Shown here: in pieces, positions 30,894 through 32,612 of the stretch | Layout of the letters: every line of letters starts with the position of its first letter | How positions within the stretch are numbered: position 1 is the stretch's first letter | Assembly: GCA_964373295.1 (NCBI GenBank) | Contig: CAYJUA010000001.1 | Span: 85,600 to 118,211 of the forward strand | Source of the DNA: an uncultured Planctomycetia bacterium | GTDB lineage: Bacteria > Omnitrophota > Gorgyraeia > 1-14-0-20-64-10 | Direction of reading: 5' to 3' | Length of the DNA stretch: 32,612 nt | The notes under the pieces: model-generated | Database searches by the model: none | What the model was told of the DNA's origin: nothing | Seen by the model: the letters and a program-made list of their open reading frames with translations, nothing else | Program-made: the position numbers and the translations under genes

Positions 30894-31664
30894 ATGAGCG
30901 GGCTCGTCTGCGCGCTGGCGCTCGGCCGGGAGGGGAGCAAGGGCTTCCCCGGGAAGAACCTCTTCCCGGTGCTGGGTCGGCCGCTCATGGCGTATCCGCT
31001 GATGGCCGCGCGGGCCGCGAAAAGCGTGGACCGGCTGTACCTCTCCACAGACTCGGAGAGGATGAAGGAGGCCGGCCGGGAGCTCGGCACCCGGATCATC
31101 GACCGGCCGGCGGAGCTGGCCACCGACGCGGCCTTGGGAGAGGAGGCCTTCGCCCACGGCTGCCAGGCGATCCGCGAGGAGGTGAAGCGGGAGGGCAAGG
31201 AGGTGGATCTCTTGGTGCTCCTGTTCTGCAACGCCCCCACGGTGACCGGGGTGCTGATCGACGACGGCGTGACCGCCCTGCGGCTCAGGCCCGAGCTGGA
31301 CTCGGCGGTCTCGGCTTCGGTCTACAACATGTGGAGCCCGCTGAGGGCGCGGCGCCTGGGCCCGGACGGGCTTCTCCAGCCCTTCGTCCCGTTCGAGGTG
31401 TTCGGAGACCCCAAGACGCTCAACTGCGACCGCAACTCGCAGGGGGACGTCTGGTTCGCCGACATGGGGGTCTCGGTGATCCGCCCCCGCAACCTGGAGC
31501 GGCTGGAGGAAGGGCTCCTCCCCCAGCGCTGGATGGGGAAGGCGATCCACCCCATCAAGCAGTGGGGCGGGCTGGACGTGGATTACGAGTGGCAGATCCC
31601 GCAGGTGGAGCATTGGCTGAAGGCGCACGGCGTGAAGCCGGCCGTATCGGAGGTGCACGCGTGA
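30894..31664 (+). CDS. Acylneuraminate (CMP-nonulosonate) cytidylyltransferase-family protein, copy 2
   Basis: ATG 30894. CALALGREGSKGFPGKNLFPVLGRPLMAY is the NeuA-type signature. LYLSTDSE parallels LILSTDSE in copy 1. Confidence 0.85.
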   Translation: MSGLVCALALGREGSKGFPGKNLFPVLGRPLMAYPLMAARAAKSVDRLYLSTDSERMKEAGRELGTRIIDRPAELATDAALGEEAFAHGCQAIREEVKREGKEVDLLVLLFCNAPTVTGVLIDDGVTALRLRPELDSAVSASVYNMWSPLRARRLGPDGLLQPFVPFEVFGDPKTLNCDRNSQGDVWFADMGVSVIRPRNLERLEEGLLPQRWMGKAIHPIKQWGGLDVDYEWQIPQVEHWLKAHGVKPAVSEVHA

Positions 31665-32563
31665 AAGCGGTCGTTTTCGGAGGGTCGGGGTTCCTGGGAA
31701 GCCACGTGGCCGAGGCGCTGACCGAGGCCGGCCACGCGGTGACGGTCTATGACCTGCGCGAGGCTCAGCACCTGTTGCCGGACCAGCGGTTCGTGCGCGG
31801 GGACATCCTGGACGCGGAGGCGGCGGCGAAGGCGCTCCAGGGGCAGGAGGCGGCCTACAACTTCGCCGGGATCGCCGACCTGGAGGAGGCGATCAGCCAG
31901 CCGGTGGAGACCGCCCGGAGCAATGTGCTGGGCAACGTGACCCTGCTGGAGGAGGCCCGCAAGGCCGGGATCCGCCGTTTCGTGTACGCCAGCTCGATCT
32001 ACGTCGCCGGCCAGTCCGGCGGCTTCTACCGGGCCAGCAAGCAGGCCTGCGAGCTGTACGTGGAGGAGTTCCAGCGCTGGTACGGCCTGGACTACACGAT
32101 CCTCCGCTACGGCTCCATCTACGGCCGGGGGGCCGATCCCAACAACGGGGTCCTCAAGTACCTCACCCAGGCGGTGCGCGACCGGAAGATCGTGGTCTCC
32201 GGCAGCGGCGAGGAGCTGCGCGAGTACGTGCACGCCACCGATGTGGCGAGGGCCAGCGTCCAGATCCTGGACCCCGAGTTCCGCAACGAGCACGTGGTGC
32301 TGACCGGGCACCAGGCGATGCGGGTCAAGGACCTCGTGGCGATGATCCGCGAGATCGTCGGACAGGATGTCCAGGTGGAGTTCCGCCCCGTGGACCCGAA
32401 GCTCGAGGGGGAGGGGCGCAGCCCCCACTACACGATCACCCCCTATTCCTTCCGGCCCCGGATCGCCAAGAAGCTGGTGGGCCACCACTACGTGGACATG
32501 GGGCAGGGGATCATCGATCTCCTCGAGGCGATCTCGGCGGAAGCAGTGAAAGATGAACGATAA
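31661..32563 (+). CDS. NAD-dependent epimerase/dehydratase (extended SDR)
   Basis: GTG 31661 forms a GTGA overlap. VVFGGSGFLGSHV (GxxGxxG) and YRASKQACE (YxxxK). Ends with tandem stops TAA TAG. Confidence 0.85.
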   Translation: MKAVVFGGSGFLGSHVAEALTEAGHAVTVYDLREAQHLLPDQRFVRGDILDAEAAAKALQGQEAAYNFAGIADLEEAISQPVETARSNVLGNVTLLEEARKAGIRRFVYASSIYVAGQSGGFYRASKQACELYVEEFQRWYGLDYTILRYGSIYGRGADPNNGVLKYLTQAVRDRKIVVSGSGEELREYVHATDVARASVQILDPEFRNEHVVLTGHQAMRVKDLVAMIREIVGQDVQVEFRPVDPKLEGEGRSPHYTITPYSFRPRIAKKLVGHHYVDMGQGIIDLLEAISAEAVKDER

Positions 32564-32612
32564 TAGCGCGCAGCTTCTCACTGCTTCTGAGGGGGAAACC
32601 AAGGCCGGGTTT

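Noticed and set aside
32540-32587. Perfect 10-bp inverted repeat GAAGCAGTGA ... TCACTGCTTC spanning the stop codons of the last gene, as a possible intrinsic terminator.
   Set aside because: The loop is about 28 nt, the stem is only moderately GC-rich and no T-tract follows (TGAGGGGGAAACC). The window ends 25 nt later, so the downstream context cannot be judged. The inverted repeat is real, but its function is unassigned.
319-32602. Many long minus-strand ORFs in the track (for example 9201..11306, 6604..8397, 21228..22805, 12558..14087, 18802..20295, 25692..27095, 31583..32602).
   Set aside because: Each lies antisense to a + strand gene that has clear family motifs. Their translations are Arg/Gly/Pro/Ala/Leu-rich with no recognisable motifs. 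This is the expected stop-codon-poor shadow-ORF pattern in GC-rich DNA.
1-32612. Search for tRNA/rRNA genes, CRISPR arrays, IS elements, integrases and toxin-antitoxin or defence genes.
   Set aside because: No regularly spaced direct repeats, no transposase or integrase motifs and no non-coding gap large enough for a structured RNA gene. Every stretch is accounted for by the 27 CDSs.

Overview
GC-rich prokaryotic window (third codon positions almost all G/C). It is essentially one uninterrupted array of 27 tightly packed or overlapping CDSs, all on the + strand. I recognised no tRNA, rRNA, CRISPR array, transposase or integrase. By motif reading, the genes form a surface-glycan locus of the nonulosonic-acid (sialic / pseudaminic / legionaminic acid-like) type. 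The core includes two NeuB-family synthases, two CMP-sugar (NeuA-type) cytidylyltransferases, a DegT-type and a HisC-type aminotransferase, an AsnB-like amidotransferase, a Gfo/Idh/MocA oxidoreductase and an SDR epimerase/dehydratase. Two GT2 domains and three large uncharacterised transferase-like proteins are also present. The tailoring complement is very unusual: five radical SAM enzymes (two SPASM-type, one fused to a GT2; three with N-terminal B12-binding-type domains) and seven SAM methyltransferases. The second notable signal is at the DNA level. Two related families of ~45-nt GGTACC-rich palindromic repeats occur five times, plus one degenerate copy. Three strong copies sit exactly at stop/start junctions, where they are translated as C-terminal tails. 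Two are inverted copies embedded in frame inside coding sequences. All family assignments come from motifs read by eye; no database search was possible. Several start codons (GTG/TTG) are uncertain.
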